A stretch of 64,000 nucleotides of DNA from Opitutaceae bacterium (lineage in GTDB: Bacteria > Verrucomicrobiota > Verrucomicrobiia > Opitutales > Coraliomargaritaceae), in assembly GCA_051252375.1 (NCBI GenBank), contig JBPOFY010000002.1:32001-96000 (forward strand). The letters are read 5' to 3'. Position numbers and translations under genes: made by a program. Shown in pieces: positions 49,803 to 59,455 of the stretch. A model generated the notes under the pieces. It was given only the letters and a program-made list of their open reading frames with translations. It was not told the DNA's origin and made no database searches. The first letter of the stretch is position 1. Each line of letters begins with the position of its first letter.

Positions 49803-50933
49803 GTGAGTCATATAAAATACTACCCCCTATGGTGTTTATATCTAGCCCTAGGCCTAAGTGCCTTCGGTCAAACACCACCTGTAGACCTTGCCGATCTTAG
49901 TCTTGGAGACTTGCTGAATGCTAAAATCATTCGCTCTCAATCGAATCAGACGGCTCAAGAGACAAAGATCGATGGCACGGAAGCCAGCCCTCAAGGTCAT
50001 TTCGAATCGAACCACTTTCACTTCAGCCTAAGCTACATCAATGTAAAATTCGATGGATACAAGGATGGCACGAAGGACCTGTCTATCAGTGATGTGCTGA
50101 GGTTACCTACTGATGTTCCTACGGATGATAATTTCCCGGTAGTACCGACTATAATTCACCAACAGGCCATGCAATTTACAGGCGCGTATGAGCTCTCGGA
50201 CGAGTTCAGCCTCAGTTTGAGCATCCCTTATATCCGACAGGAAACAGAGCACGTCAGTAGCGTAGTCGGCTTCGATGAATTCACTATCATTAGCGAAGGC
50301 ATTGGAGATATTGAAGCAGGTGTATCATGGTTAAAGTGGTTGAATCAAAACAACAGCTTGCTTTTCAGCCTTGGTTTGAGCCTTCCCACCGGATCCATTG
50401 ACGAGAAGGGACGCACACCACGCAATGCGACGATGGACACGCAGTTGCCTTACACCATGCAGCTAGGCTCAGGCACCTACGACCTCAAGCCCTCAATCGT
50501 ATTCACAGGCAAAACGGGCGACTGGAACTACGGAGCCAACTTGAGCCTCACCCTCCGGACAGGAGAGAATTCTCGCGATTATCGTCTGGGCAATGTCTAT
50601 CAGGGCAGTATTTGGACACGTTACGAACTCGCAGACTGGATCCAGCCATCCATCCGTCTCACCGGCATCAGCTGGGATTGTATCAGCGGTCAAGATGACG
50701 AGATCCTTGGGCCGAACCCCGCGTTCCCTTATCCTGCAGCGGTAACGAACCCGAAGTATTTCGGCGGCGAAAAACTCTTGGCGCAGATCGGATTACGCTT
50801 ACGAGATCCCAGTGGCAGGCTTGAAAACTCCTTTTTGGAGGTCGAAGCTGGCATGCCATTCTATGAACGTCTGAATGGTCCCCAGCCATCTGAAAGCTGG
50901 CGCTTCTCGGCAAGCATCGTGCTTAACTTCTAA
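49803..50933 (+). CDS. Outer-membrane beta-barrel 'transporter' (COG4313/Phenol_MetA-like) with an N-terminal DL.DLSL..L motif
   Basis: Signal peptide, GIGD, LSLPTG, LPY.MQLGSGT.D motifs, amphipathic strands, C-terminal Phe. Confidence 0.7.
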   Translation: MSHIKYYPLWCLYLALGLSAFGQTPPVDLADLSLGDLLNAKIIRSQSNQTAQETKIDGTEASPQGHFESNHFHFSLSYINVKFDGYKDGTKDLSISDVLRLPTDVPTDDNFPVVPTIIHQQAMQFTGAYELSDEFSLSLSIPYIRQETEHVSSVVGFDEFTIISEGIGDIEAGVSWLKWLNQNNSLLFSLGLSLPTGSIDEKGRTPRNATMDTQLPYTMQLGSGTYDLKPSIVFTGKTGDWNYGANLSLTLRTGENSRDYRLGNVYQGSIWTRYELADWIQPSIRLTGISWDCISGQDDEILGPNPAFPYPAAVTNPKYFGGEKLLAQIGLRLRDPSGRLENSFLEVEAGMPFYERLNGPQPSESWRFSASIVLNF

Positions 50934-50942
50934 GTAGTCGCA

Positions 50943-51485
50943 ATGAAGCCCATAAATAAATGCCTCCTCTGGGCATTGAGCATAGCTCTATCAACGAGCC
51001 TTGGCTCTGCGTCAGATGGTCGAGCAATTATCGAAGAAAACCATGGCAAGGCACTTCTCATTTATAATATTGCCAAGTTCACGACATGGCCCCCCGAAGC
51101 AGCGCCCGTCACTGCTCCATTTTTGTTTACAATCTGGAATGATAAACCACTCGCCGAGGCATTCCAACAAATTGAGGGTCTGAAGACTCAAGGGCGCAGC
51201 ATTTGGATCAGACATCATGAAAAGGATAGTGTGCCAGTTCGCAGCGATGTGCTCATCATCCCAAAGCATCAGTTACAGATGTTCATCCAATCTAAAGATG
51301 AATTAGACACCATGCCGATCCTGACCGTGACCACAGATCCCCAGATCTTTGAGGCAGGAGCGATGGTACTGGTCGATATTGTCGATGATCACTTGTCATT
51401 TTCGGTCAATCTCGGAGCCGTAAAATCAAGTGGAATCGAAATCAGCGGCAACCTGCTACGCCACGCAAGAAAGGTGAATTTCTAG
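50943..51485 (+). CDS. YfiR/HmsC-family (DUF4154) periplasmic protein
   Basis: Signal peptide, [18 protein letters not shown] and F.VNL......I.IS..LL..A motifs. Confidence 0.85.
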   Translation: MKPINKCLLWALSIALSTSLGSASDGRAIIEENHGKALLIYNIAKFTTWPPEAAPVTAPFLFTIWNDKPLAEAFQQIEGLKTQGRSIWIRHHEKDSVPVRSDVLIIPKHQLQMFIQSKDELDTMPILTVTTDPQIFEAGAMVLVDIVDDHLSFSVNLGAVKSSGIEISGNLLRHARKVNF

Positions 51486-51492
51486 AAGAGTT

Positions 51493-53550
51493 ATGTTCAA
51501 GCGCTTCTCACAACTGCCGGTACGCAACAAACTGACACTGATCATTACGTGTGCAGCTCTGTTCGCAGTGACTCTGAGCGGAATTATTACGATCATCACT
51601 CAAGCTCGAACCGTTAACAATGGACTCCAACGTGAGATTGAGACAACGACCGAGCTGCTCGCTTCAAACGTAGCGGCTTCCCTCTATTTTAATTCTAAAT
51701 CCGAGGCCGAAACAACGCTTTCAGCTCTGCGATTCAAATCGCATATAGAAGCGGCAGCTCTTTACACAAAAGATGGTGAAATCTTCGCCGAGTATACTCG
51801 CACAGACAATCAGCACACACACGAGGTATTACCAACTCCAGCTGAATGCGGCACCTTTTCACCATGCCTGTCAGTCCAACAGGTAGTCCATTTAGACGGA
51901 GACGACATTGGCTTTGTAACTGTCGTGTCATCAAAAAAGCCTGTCCTGAACGCAATGCTTAGCTCAGCAATTACTGCAGCACTGACGATCATCCTAAGCA
52001 CCTTACTCGCGATCAAGCTTGCGCTCCGCTACTTGCGCCGCGTTTCAGCACCCGTTGAAGACCTCGCCAAAATCGCCGATGAAGTCTCTCGCACTGAAAA
52101 CTACAGCCTGCGTTCGCAGCATAACAGCAAAGACGAATTGGGCCAACTCTCACAAGCATTCAATCAAATGCTGGCGCGCATCCAAGAATCCGATGCGCGG
52201 CTTCGACTGGCAACTGATGAACTCTCAAAACGCGTGGAAGAACTCAACATTGAGAAAGAAGAGCGCGCCCTCGCCCAAGAGCGCGAAGGGCGCTTACAAG
52301 ATCGCCTAGCAGAGGCTCAAAAGCTAAAAGCTAAAAGCTTAAGTGACGCCAAAGAAGCCGCCGAGCAGGCAAACCGCATCAAATCGGAATTCCTCGCTTC
52401 TATGAGCCATGAAATCCGCACACCCATGAATGGCGTGATCGGCTTCACTTCGTTACTGCGCGACACTGAGATGAATGAGGAGCAGCAGGAGTTCATCGAT
52501 ATAATTCACAGTAGTGGCAATACCCTGTTACGACTTCTGGATGACATACTGGACTTTTCAAAAATCGAAGCAGGCCGATTGGAAATCGAAAAACGAATCT
52601 TAAATATACGTGAACTCGTGGATGACGCCGTCAGAATACTTCATGAACAATTGAAAGACAAGACGGTCGAAATAATCATTAATATTGATGACGATGTGCC
52701 CTCCTTCGTTGAATCTGACCCAAATCGTTTAAGACAAATACTTATAAACCTGATCGGTAATGCGATTAAATTTACCAACGAAGGCTCAATAGAAATACGT
52801 ATAGCATTTATCGATTTTAATGAAAAAAGTGAACAGCATGGCTACATGGGCGCCATCGATTGTTCAGTCATAGACACTGGCATCGGCATTTCCGAACAAG
52901 ACCAAAAGCGGTTGTTTGAGGTGTTCACACAGGTGGACTCATCTGCCACAAGAAAATACGATGGCGTGGGTCTCGGCTTAGCGATCACCAAACGCTTATG
53001 TGAAATACTCGGCGGATCAATCAAGTTAAACAGTGAACCGGGCGTCGGTTCTACATTTCACTTTTCCATACCCGTGTTTTCCTATGCAGATTTTGAATGC
53101 GTAGACCAACCGGAATCCCCAGCAGCGACGATGACAACATTGAAGGATAGCGACCTGAAAATGCTTGTTGTAGAAAACAATCTAGTTAACGCAAAGCTAC
53201 TCGCAGCACTACTCAACAAAGCGGGTCACTCCTGTGATATCGCGTATAGTTCAACTGAATGCATCGAGCACATGAGTCAGCTGCATTATGATATCATTTT
53301 CATGGACCTCAACATGCCCGACATGGACGGTTTCGAGCTGACCGCTCGTATTCGAGAACAAGAATCTCACTCTGTCAGCGCCAACACACCTAGATCGATC
53401 ATTATCGCAGTCACCGCCTGGGCAATGAAAGGCATGAAAGAACGCTGCTTAGAAGCAGGAATGAATGGTTATCTATCCAAACCCGTCATTCGTGAAGAAC
53501 TGACAGATTTGGTTGATAACCTTTGCATTGAGATCAGCCAACGCAGCTAA
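51493..53550 (+). CDS. Hybrid histidine kinase with CHASE8-like periplasmic domain, HAMP, HisKA, HATPase and REC
   Basis: LA.N..A.L.F...EA..TL..L YfiN-like sensor, DELG.L...[30 protein letters not shown] and SKP motifs. Confidence 0.92.
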   Translation: MFKRFSQLPVRNKLTLIITCAALFAVTLSGIITIITQARTVNNGLQREIETTTELLASNVAASLYFNSKSEAETTLSALRFKSHIEAAALYTKDGEIFAEYTRTDNQHTHEVLPTPAECGTFSPCLSVQQVVHLDGDDIGFVTVVSSKKPVLNAMLSSAITAALTIILSTLLAIKLALRYLRRVSAPVEDLAKIADEVSRTENYSLRSQHNSKDELGQLSQAFNQMLARIQESDARLRLATDELSKRVEELNIEKEERALAQEREGRLQDRLAEAQKLKAKSLSDAKEAAEQANRIKSEFLASMSHEIRTPMNGVIGFTSLLRDTEMNEEQQEFIDIIHSSGNTLLRLLDDILDFSKIEAGRLEIEKRILNIRELVDDAVRILHEQLKDKTVEIIINIDDDVPSFVESDPNRLRQILINLIGNAIKFTNEGSIEIRIAFIDFNEKSEQHGYMGAIDCSVIDTGIGISEQDQKRLFEVFTQVDSSATRKYDGVGLGLAITKRLCEILGGSIKLNSEPGVGSTFHFSIPVFSYADFECVDQPESPAATMTTLKDSDLKMLVVENNLVNAKLLAALLNKAGHSCDIAYSSTECIEHMSQLHYDIIFMDLNMPDMDGFELTARIREQESHSVSANTPRSIIIAVTAWAMKGMKERCLEAGMNGYLSKPVIREELTDLVDNLCIEISQRS

Positions 53551-54056
53551 AAGCCCACACAACGTCAAAAGCAGAGCTTTGGGAATTGGGTTCATATACT
53601 TTAACGGTGCAGAATAGCCTGATTACTGGCCATCCATGCTGTTGAGGGGGGCATCCGAATTGATCAGGGGATAAACAAATCGCGGATACCATAAAAACAT
53701 ACTCGTGATCCAAGCTCAGCAACGGGAAAAAGGGACGAAAGGCAAGCCTACTTGGTGTTAGATTACCTGCCGAATCTTGATACTTCGCGTTTACCCCCAT
53801 TTGAGCCTTCTAGTGCCCTTTACGGACAATGATATTTGACGAGCTTCTATAGTATTTCGGCGGTCAAAACATCGGCACTAAAGCGGCATCACGTATATAC
53901 GTCATGCAGATCTATGCATATGCGTAATATACAGGAAGCCAGCAGTTTGATAGAATGATTGCATGATATTGTATAATAGTGCCTTCTGTGCTCTAGTTAT
54001 ACTTTCCATGCTCTCCTATTCTAACAATCAATCCCACGATTAATAACCGCAAAAAC

Positions 54057-56837
54057 ATGAAACCTAGACCCCCAACACAATCCTTATTCACCCTCTCGCT
54101 CATCGCAGTCGCAGCGGGCATGCCCCTCATCGGCAATGCCCAAACCACCTACACCTGGGATGGTAGTGACAGCATCACTTGGAGCACTGGCACCAACTGG
54201 GTCGGCGACGCCGCACCGGTTGCAACTGGCACGCTTGATTTCTCAGGCACCGCTATCGTCAATCAACCGACCGATAACGACATCGCCGCGGCGACGTCCT
54301 TCAATGGCATTACTTTCACCAACGACGGTTCCGTAGGCGTATCTGATCAAGCCTTCACCCTCGACGGTAACAGCATCACGCTCGGTGGCGACATCACCAC
54401 CACCACGACAGTAGTGGACACCCTTGAGGACACCATCGACCTCGATCTGATACTCGACGCGGACCGTAGCATTATACCGAATACCGGCCACGCGCTGACT
54501 ATTAACGGTGACATTAGCGGTGCGTTCAACCTCGCTCTCGGTGTCAACAACGCCACCGGCAAGGCCCTTGTCACCCTCTCTGGTAACAACACCCACACCT
54601 TGACGGCACTCAACCGAAATGCGTCCGTCCGTGTCGAAAGCAACACGGCTCTCGGCGGTGCGGCAAACATGGCACGTAATGCCTCCATCGATCTCGCCAA
54701 TGGCGTTGACCTGACTGCTGCCGGCGGGATTACCCGGGTTGTTACCGGCACCCCCCAACAATCCATCAACCTCGACGAGACGGGCATCGCGTCCGCTTCC
54801 ATCAACGCCAGCACCGGCATCACCAACAACCTTGGCGGTCAATACATGAAACTTATTGTCGGCGATGAAGACACCCTCACGATCAACGGTGCCATCTCAG
54901 GTGTCGGCGATACCCGGAAACAAGGCCTCGGCACTCTTGTGCTGACCAATGCTGGCAACGACTACACGGGCATCTTCAGAGTCAACTTGGGCGCGCTGGC
55001 CATCAGTGGAGCTGGCGTTCTGGGGGACACCACCTCCGTCCTGTTCCTGGACGGCGGAAGCTTGGATCTCGGGACCACTTCCCAAACGGTTGCCACCTTG
55101 AACATCCAGGATTCGGCGGCCAGCGGAGACACCATCTTTAACGGCACCATCAGTGCAAACGGCGACGACTCTGTTCTCGGGTCCGAAATCCCGGGAGCCA
55201 TCAATGCAAGTAACGGCAACGACGTCACTGTCTCCGCCAACCTAGGTGGTGTCGCTAACCCAGGTGGTGCCGTAGACCTCACCAAAACCGGAGCTGGAGT
55301 CCTGACCCTGTCCGGAACCAACACCTACACTGGAACTACAACGTCCAGTGCGGGCTCCTTGGTCGCAACTAGCGCGGCAGCATTCCCCGGCTACACCACC
55401 CCTGGCAACATCATCTTCAACGGTGGCACCATCGGCGTGCAAGTAGCTGGCGCTGGCTGGACACCAACAGAGCTGAGCGACCTTCTCAGCAATGCCACGA
55501 AAACAAGCGGTGGTCTCGGGATCGACACCACTAACGGTGATTTCACTCCGTCAGCGGCCTTCACCCCAGCCACGTTGGGCGCTCTAGGTCTGACTAAGTT
55601 GGGCGCCAATAGCCTGACCTTCGAACTGGCAAATACCTACACTGGCAACACGACCCTCACAGAGGGCACCCTAAACATCAACCACGCCTCCGCGCTTGGC
55701 GATGCTGCCTCCAGCTTCTTCATTGCTGCAGGCACAACGATCGACAACACCAGCGGTGGACCCATCACGCTGACTAATAACAATGCCATAACCCTACCTA
55801 AAGAAGGCTTCACCTTTGGCGGTGCAAGTGATCTGGATCTGGGAACAGGTGCGATTAATCTGCAATTAGCAGACAGTGGTCAAACAAACGTGATTACCCT
55901 AAATGGTACCGGCAGCACATTGACCCTAGGGGCATCTACTTCAGGTGCCCGCGGTTTCAATGTCAGCAGTGCGGTGAATGGCGCGGGGAATACCCTTGTC
56001 TTCGCTTCGCTGGGACTTAACGCCAGAGGGGTCGGCTCGGATAATACTTGGAGCGGTGACGCAGATATCACCGTCAACGGGGCAGTCTCAGATGGAGCAT
56101 CTGGAGCCAACACTCTCATATACAGTGGCACCGGCACATTCACCATCGGTGGTGCCGCTACCTACACTGGCAACACTGACGTGAACAGCGGAACTCTAGC
56201 ACTGGGTGCTGGTGGCAGCCTCTACGACGAAACCAGAGTCACCCTCAATGCTGGACTCATCGAATTGAACAACACAGTCAGTGACACCATCAGAATCCTA
56301 ATTGTAATCGGCGTCAATGCCGATGCCGCACTCCCTAATGGCGTATATGGCTCCACTGCCTCTGGTGCCGACAATGGCGGACTCGGAGTCGGTGCCTTGG
56401 ATGGCTACCTGACCGGCACTGGCACTTTCACCGTCTTCATCCCACCCTATGAAGCCTGGGCAACAAATGCGGTATTCGAAAACGATGCCAATGACGACGG
56501 TGTGAGCAATGGCCTTGCTTGGATCCTTGGCGCAGCGAATATTACTGACAGTGCCCTTCCCTTACTGCCGGATAGTGCTGTAAGCACTGGCGACCTAGTC
56601 ATGACGTTCACAATGGTGGATCCAATCGCTCCAGCCACGCTCTCCCTTGAATACTCCAACGACCTTACAGGTGCTTGGACTTCAGTAACAGTCCCAACCG
56701 TCACTAGCACAGTAGGTGACGTCGATTTCGTCATCGTCGACAACACTGGCACACTCACGGTCACAGCCACGATCGATTCGACCGCAGCGTCGGCGAGCGG
56801 TGAGCTATTCGGTCGCCTCTCGGCTACTGAAAACTAA
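54057..56837 (+). CDS. Secreted beta-strand repeat (PATR-like) surface protein without an autotransporter barrel
   Basis: Signal peptide, W.G....W....NW cap, repeated K.G.G.L.L...NTYTG.T....G.L units, D.NDDG.SN.L.W..G motif, C-terminal ELFGRL. Confidence 0.88.
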   Translation: MKPRPPTQSLFTLSLIAVAAGMPLIGNAQTTYTWDGSDSITWSTGTNWVGDAAPVATGTLDFSGTAIVNQPTDNDIAAATSFNGITFTNDGSVGVSDQAFTLDGNSITLGGDITTTTTVVDTLEDTIDLDLILDADRSIIPNTGHALTINGDISGAFNLALGVNNATGKALVTLSGNNTHTLTALNRNASVRVESNTALGGAANMARNASIDLANGVDLTAAGGITRVVTGTPQQSINLDETGIASASINASTGITNNLGGQYMKLIVGDEDTLTINGAISGVGDTRKQGLGTLVLTNAGNDYTGIFRVNLGALAISGAGVLGDTTSVLFLDGGSLDLGTTSQTVATLNIQDSAASGDTIFNGTISANGDDSVLGSEIPGAINASNGNDVTVSANLGGVANPGGAVDLTKTGAGVLTLSGTNTYTGTTTSSAGSLVATSAAAFPGYTTPGNIIFNGGTIGVQVAGAGWTPTELSDLLSNATKTSGGLGIDTTNGDFTPSAAFTPATLGALGLTKLGANSLTFELANTYTGNTTLTEGTLNINHASALGDAASSFFIAAGTTIDNTSGGPITLTNNNAITLPKEGFTFGGASDLDLGTGAINLQLADSGQTNVITLNGTGSTLTLGASTSGARGFNVSSAVNGAGNTLVFASLGLNARGVGSDNTWSGDADITVNGAVSDGASGANTLIYSGTGTFTIGGAATYTGNTDVNSGTLALGAGGSLYDETRVTLNAGLIELNNTVSDTIRILIVIGVNADAALPNGVYGSTASGADNGGLGVGALDGYLTGTGTFTVFIPPYEAWATNAVFENDANDDGVSNGLAWILGAANITDSALPLLPDSAVSTGDLVMTFTMVDPIAPATLSLEYSNDLTGAWTSVTVPTVTSTVGDVDFVIVDNTGTLTVTATIDSTAASASGELFGRLSATEN

Positions 56838-56892
56838 GATTTGATTCGGTAAGCCCGCGATTACCCCTGATCGCGGACTTCAACAATCATCT

Positions 56893-56926
56893 AAAGGTCC
56901 CGGCTTAACAGCCGGGGCCTTTTTTT
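56893..56926 (+). terminator. Intrinsic terminator
   Basis: AAAGGTCCCGGCT-TAAC-AGCCGGGGCCTTTTTTT. Confidence 0.85.
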
Positions 56927-57060
56927 GGGGGTTCATCGTCGACTATCGGGGAAAGGGAGGTATCGAGCCACTGATTTCGCCCCATGCCACAGCCGCAGAG
57001 CGTCGTGAATGTGATTGCGGATGAACCTGGATTTCTCGGCAATCTTAGACTCTGTTTTTC

Positions 57061-57243
57061 TTTAACCACGGATGAACACAGATAAACACGGATCGAGATG
57101 ACTTCGCCCGCGGTTCAATTCATTTCATTCATTCCCATATGGCGGGACTAAGAAGCATTCCCACCTAAGCTCTCGCGTGCTTTGGAGGTCAATGCCAGTA
57201 CACTTTCAATATCTGTGTCGATCGGTGTTCATCCGTGGTTAAA
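57061..57243. repeat. MITE/REPIN-like element with 33-bp imperfect terminal inverted repeats
   Basis: TTTAACCACGGATGAACAC (57061-57079) and GTGTTCATCCGTGGTTAAA (57225-57243) form a perfect 19-bp IR, extendable to 33 bp with 4 mismatches. Confidence 0.8.
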
Positions 57244-57584
57244 ACATGCTTCGCCCTCTACGGCATATCTGCGTCGTGGGCGATGAAGCCGAACCTAAGT
57301 CTACTTCCGAATTTAGGATTATCAACGGGGTCTCCTAAGTGAAACGCAGTCACATGCCATCAATAGAAAAAAGGCTCCAACTCGAGTAAGCTATGCCTTC
57401 TTCGCGAAACCTTAGCGCTTCTTAGCGGGTAATTCTCAGATAGTTGAAGAGCAGTTATATCACTGGCATCGCTGTAATCGACGATGAACCTTTTTTGCCG
57501 AACGATTGCCGACCGAGTCCTCACTAGTCATGCTACGTATCCCCTCAAGACACTCTCCGAAAGTGCTTATTCATACGAATCGAC

Positions 57585-58001
57585 TCATGATGCGCACAAC
57601 TCGGGGTGTAGCATCCAATGGCTATCGGGCGAATTGATTTCCTGATCCAGTTTTATTATCTGAGCAATCAGCTCAGAGTCCGGATGTTGCTCCTTATAGC
57701 CTGCGATTTCCAGAGCAATGCCATGCAGTTGCCACATGACCACCGTCAAGCGGTGTTTAATTTCAAACAGTTCATGCTCTAAGTTATTGATGAACTCTAT
57801 AAGATGACAACGGATGCCCATAGGAGTCCATATCTCCTCCACGATCGCATTTATGATTTTTTTAACCCGCACCTTTAGATGCGGGAGATATAAGGGAGAT
57901 GGCGTAATTAACATTCCTCGCTTCGGATATCTCGCTTTAGCGAATTCACATTGTCTGTCGAATGCGATTGGAGCGACTAGTTCTGCTTCTGGAATGATCA
58001 T
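57585..58001 (-). CDS. Hypothetical protein
   Basis: 138-aa ORF co-oriented with and just downstream of 58064-58507; no recognised motif. Confidence 0.5.
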   Translation of the reverse strand: MIIPEAELVAPIAFDRQCEFAKARYPKRGMLITPSPLYLPHLKVRVKKIINAIVEEIWTPMGIRCHLIEFINNLEHELFEIKHRLTVVMWQLHGIALEIAGYKEQHPDSELIAQIIKLDQEINSPDSHWMLHPELCAS

Positions 58002-58063
58002 ACTTTTTTGGGGTTAGGCGGATGATTATAGTAAAAATGACTATTGCATAGATTTGTTCTAAA

Positions 58064-58507
58064 TTAATTGGAGGTTCCCGTTTTGGCCGTGGAGGAAAAC
58101 TCGGTGCCGCGCTGCTGCGCGAACGCACGCAGCGACTCGGCCGAGACTTCACTGCAATACGGGGCAGAACGTTGTGCAAAAATCGTGCAATTCTGGCCAT
58201 GGTTTCGTTTGTTCCACTTCTCGACCATATAATTCAACTCCGGCGAGAAAACGGATTGGCCATGGCAACTAAACACCATCGTTAGCAAATCAGCATCCTC
58301 TAAATCCTTTAGGGCATCTGCCCAGCACCCAGGCAATTCAAGAATATCCAAACGCCAAAGGCGCAAATCAAATTCAAAGAGTTGGTCGAACTCAGCGTTC
58401 GCACGATCCAGTGTGTTTTTCAAGCGGACAGCAGTTTCTGCACGATCATAGACGACAAAAATTGTCAGTTTTGTTAACTTACTTGCGAGTTCAGAGTTTA
58501 ATTTCAT
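58064..58507 (-). CDS. Hypothetical protein, probable degenerate receiver-like fold
   Basis: Alternating beta/alpha pattern IFVVYD...LRLWRLDIL...DADLLTMVFS; adjacent to a NarL-type regulator. Confidence 0.6.
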   Translation of the reverse strand: MKLNSELASKLTKLTIFVVYDRAETAVRLKNTLDRANAEFDQLFEFDLRLWRLDILELPGCWADALKDLEDADLLTMVFSCHGQSVFSPELNYMVEKWNKRNHGQNCTIFAQRSAPYCSEVSAESLRAFAQQRGTEFSSTAKTGTSN

Positions 58508-58611
58508 ATCAGCATTTTGGTTAAGGATTATGTGCAGAATAATACACTAAAGCCTAACTCCTGAGAATTGGGCAACATACGCTTCTTGAACCAGCACTCA
58601 CATTAGGCCCC

Positions 58612-58628
58612 CTAGGTGAAAAACCTAG
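58612..58628. promoter_or_regulatory. Candidate operator palindrome
   Basis: CTAGGT-GAAAA-ACCTAG, upstream of 58507 and just downstream of the NarL-type regulator gene. Confidence 0.35.
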
Positions 58629-58733
58629 AGCCCATCATCCAGTTTCCTACGATTTAATGGTGCATTAGGACCACTTTCTTAGCGTGCACCGAAGTGATGT
58701 GCATATCATCGCCTGCTATACTAGGCTTAATGA

Positions 58734-59435
58734 CTATGATGCCGAAGTGCCACCCTCAGCATATTGAACCGCATAGCGGATTAGTTCCGCAGATGATTTC
58801 AGCTCTAACTTATGGCAAATGTTATTACGATGTGCGCCGACCGTCTTTGGGCTAATACTCAAGAGTTTAGCAATCTCCCCCGAGGTATTCCCTCGCCCAT
58901 ATGCTTGTAGAATCTCAAACTCCCGATCGGTCAATGCAGCCACAGGCGACTGGTGCCCTTTGGCTCGTCCCGCATACTCCGCCATCACCTGATTGGTCAC
59001 TTGTCGACTAAACGCAGAACCACCAGCCAGCACTTCTTTAATCGCGAGGACAACCTCTGCACCGCCTTCCTTTTTCATCACATAGCCACGTGCACCCGCA
59101 CGCATCGAGCGCATAGCATAGACGGATTCATCATACATGGAGAGCATGATCACTGGTATGTTTGAGTGAAGCGCCTTCAAGTCTTTCAGTAATTCAAGAC
59201 CACTGTGTGAGCCCAGGCCGATGTCACAGAGCACCAAGTCCGGCTTCAGTTGACTGACGGCCTTCATGCCTTTTGCGGCATCGCTAGCTTCACCGCAAAC
59301 ATCCAAATGGGGATCGCTGTTGATCCATCTGGCAATCCCCTCACGCATAAGCGGATGATCATCAATAATCAGAATGCGTGCAGCGAGGGCTTTAGTCTCC
59401 CCGCTATGATCAGTCGTTTTAGTTATATTTCCCAT
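58734..59435 (-). CDS. NarL/FixJ-family response regulator (REC + LuxR HTH)
   Basis: IIDDHPL.R.G, CDI, LSM, GARGYV.K and LTDREFEI...G....EIA..L.IS.KTV motifs. Confidence 0.94.
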   Translation of the reverse strand: MGNITKTTDHSGETKALAARILIIDDHPLMREGIARWINSDPHLDVCGEASDAAKGMKAVSQLKPDLVLCDIGLGSHSGLELLKDLKALHSNIPVIMLSMYDESVYAMRSMRAGARGYVMKKEGGAEVVLAIKEVLAGGSAFSRQVTNQVMAEYAGRAKGHQSPVAALTDREFEILQAYGRGNTSGEIAKLLSISPKTVGAHRNNICHKLELKSSAELIRYAVQYAEGGTSAS

Positions 59436-59455
59436 GCTTCAAGTCAGTAGAATGT

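Noticed and set aside
53534..53800. 88-aa minus-strand ORF after the kinase
   Set aside because: No recognisable motif, overlaps the kinase stop, and composition is atypical.
54243..56770. Antisense ORFs within the PATR gene; calling the gene a classical autotransporter
   Set aside because: The ORFs are shadows of repetitive Gly/Thr/Asn codons, and no C-terminal translocator barrel is present.
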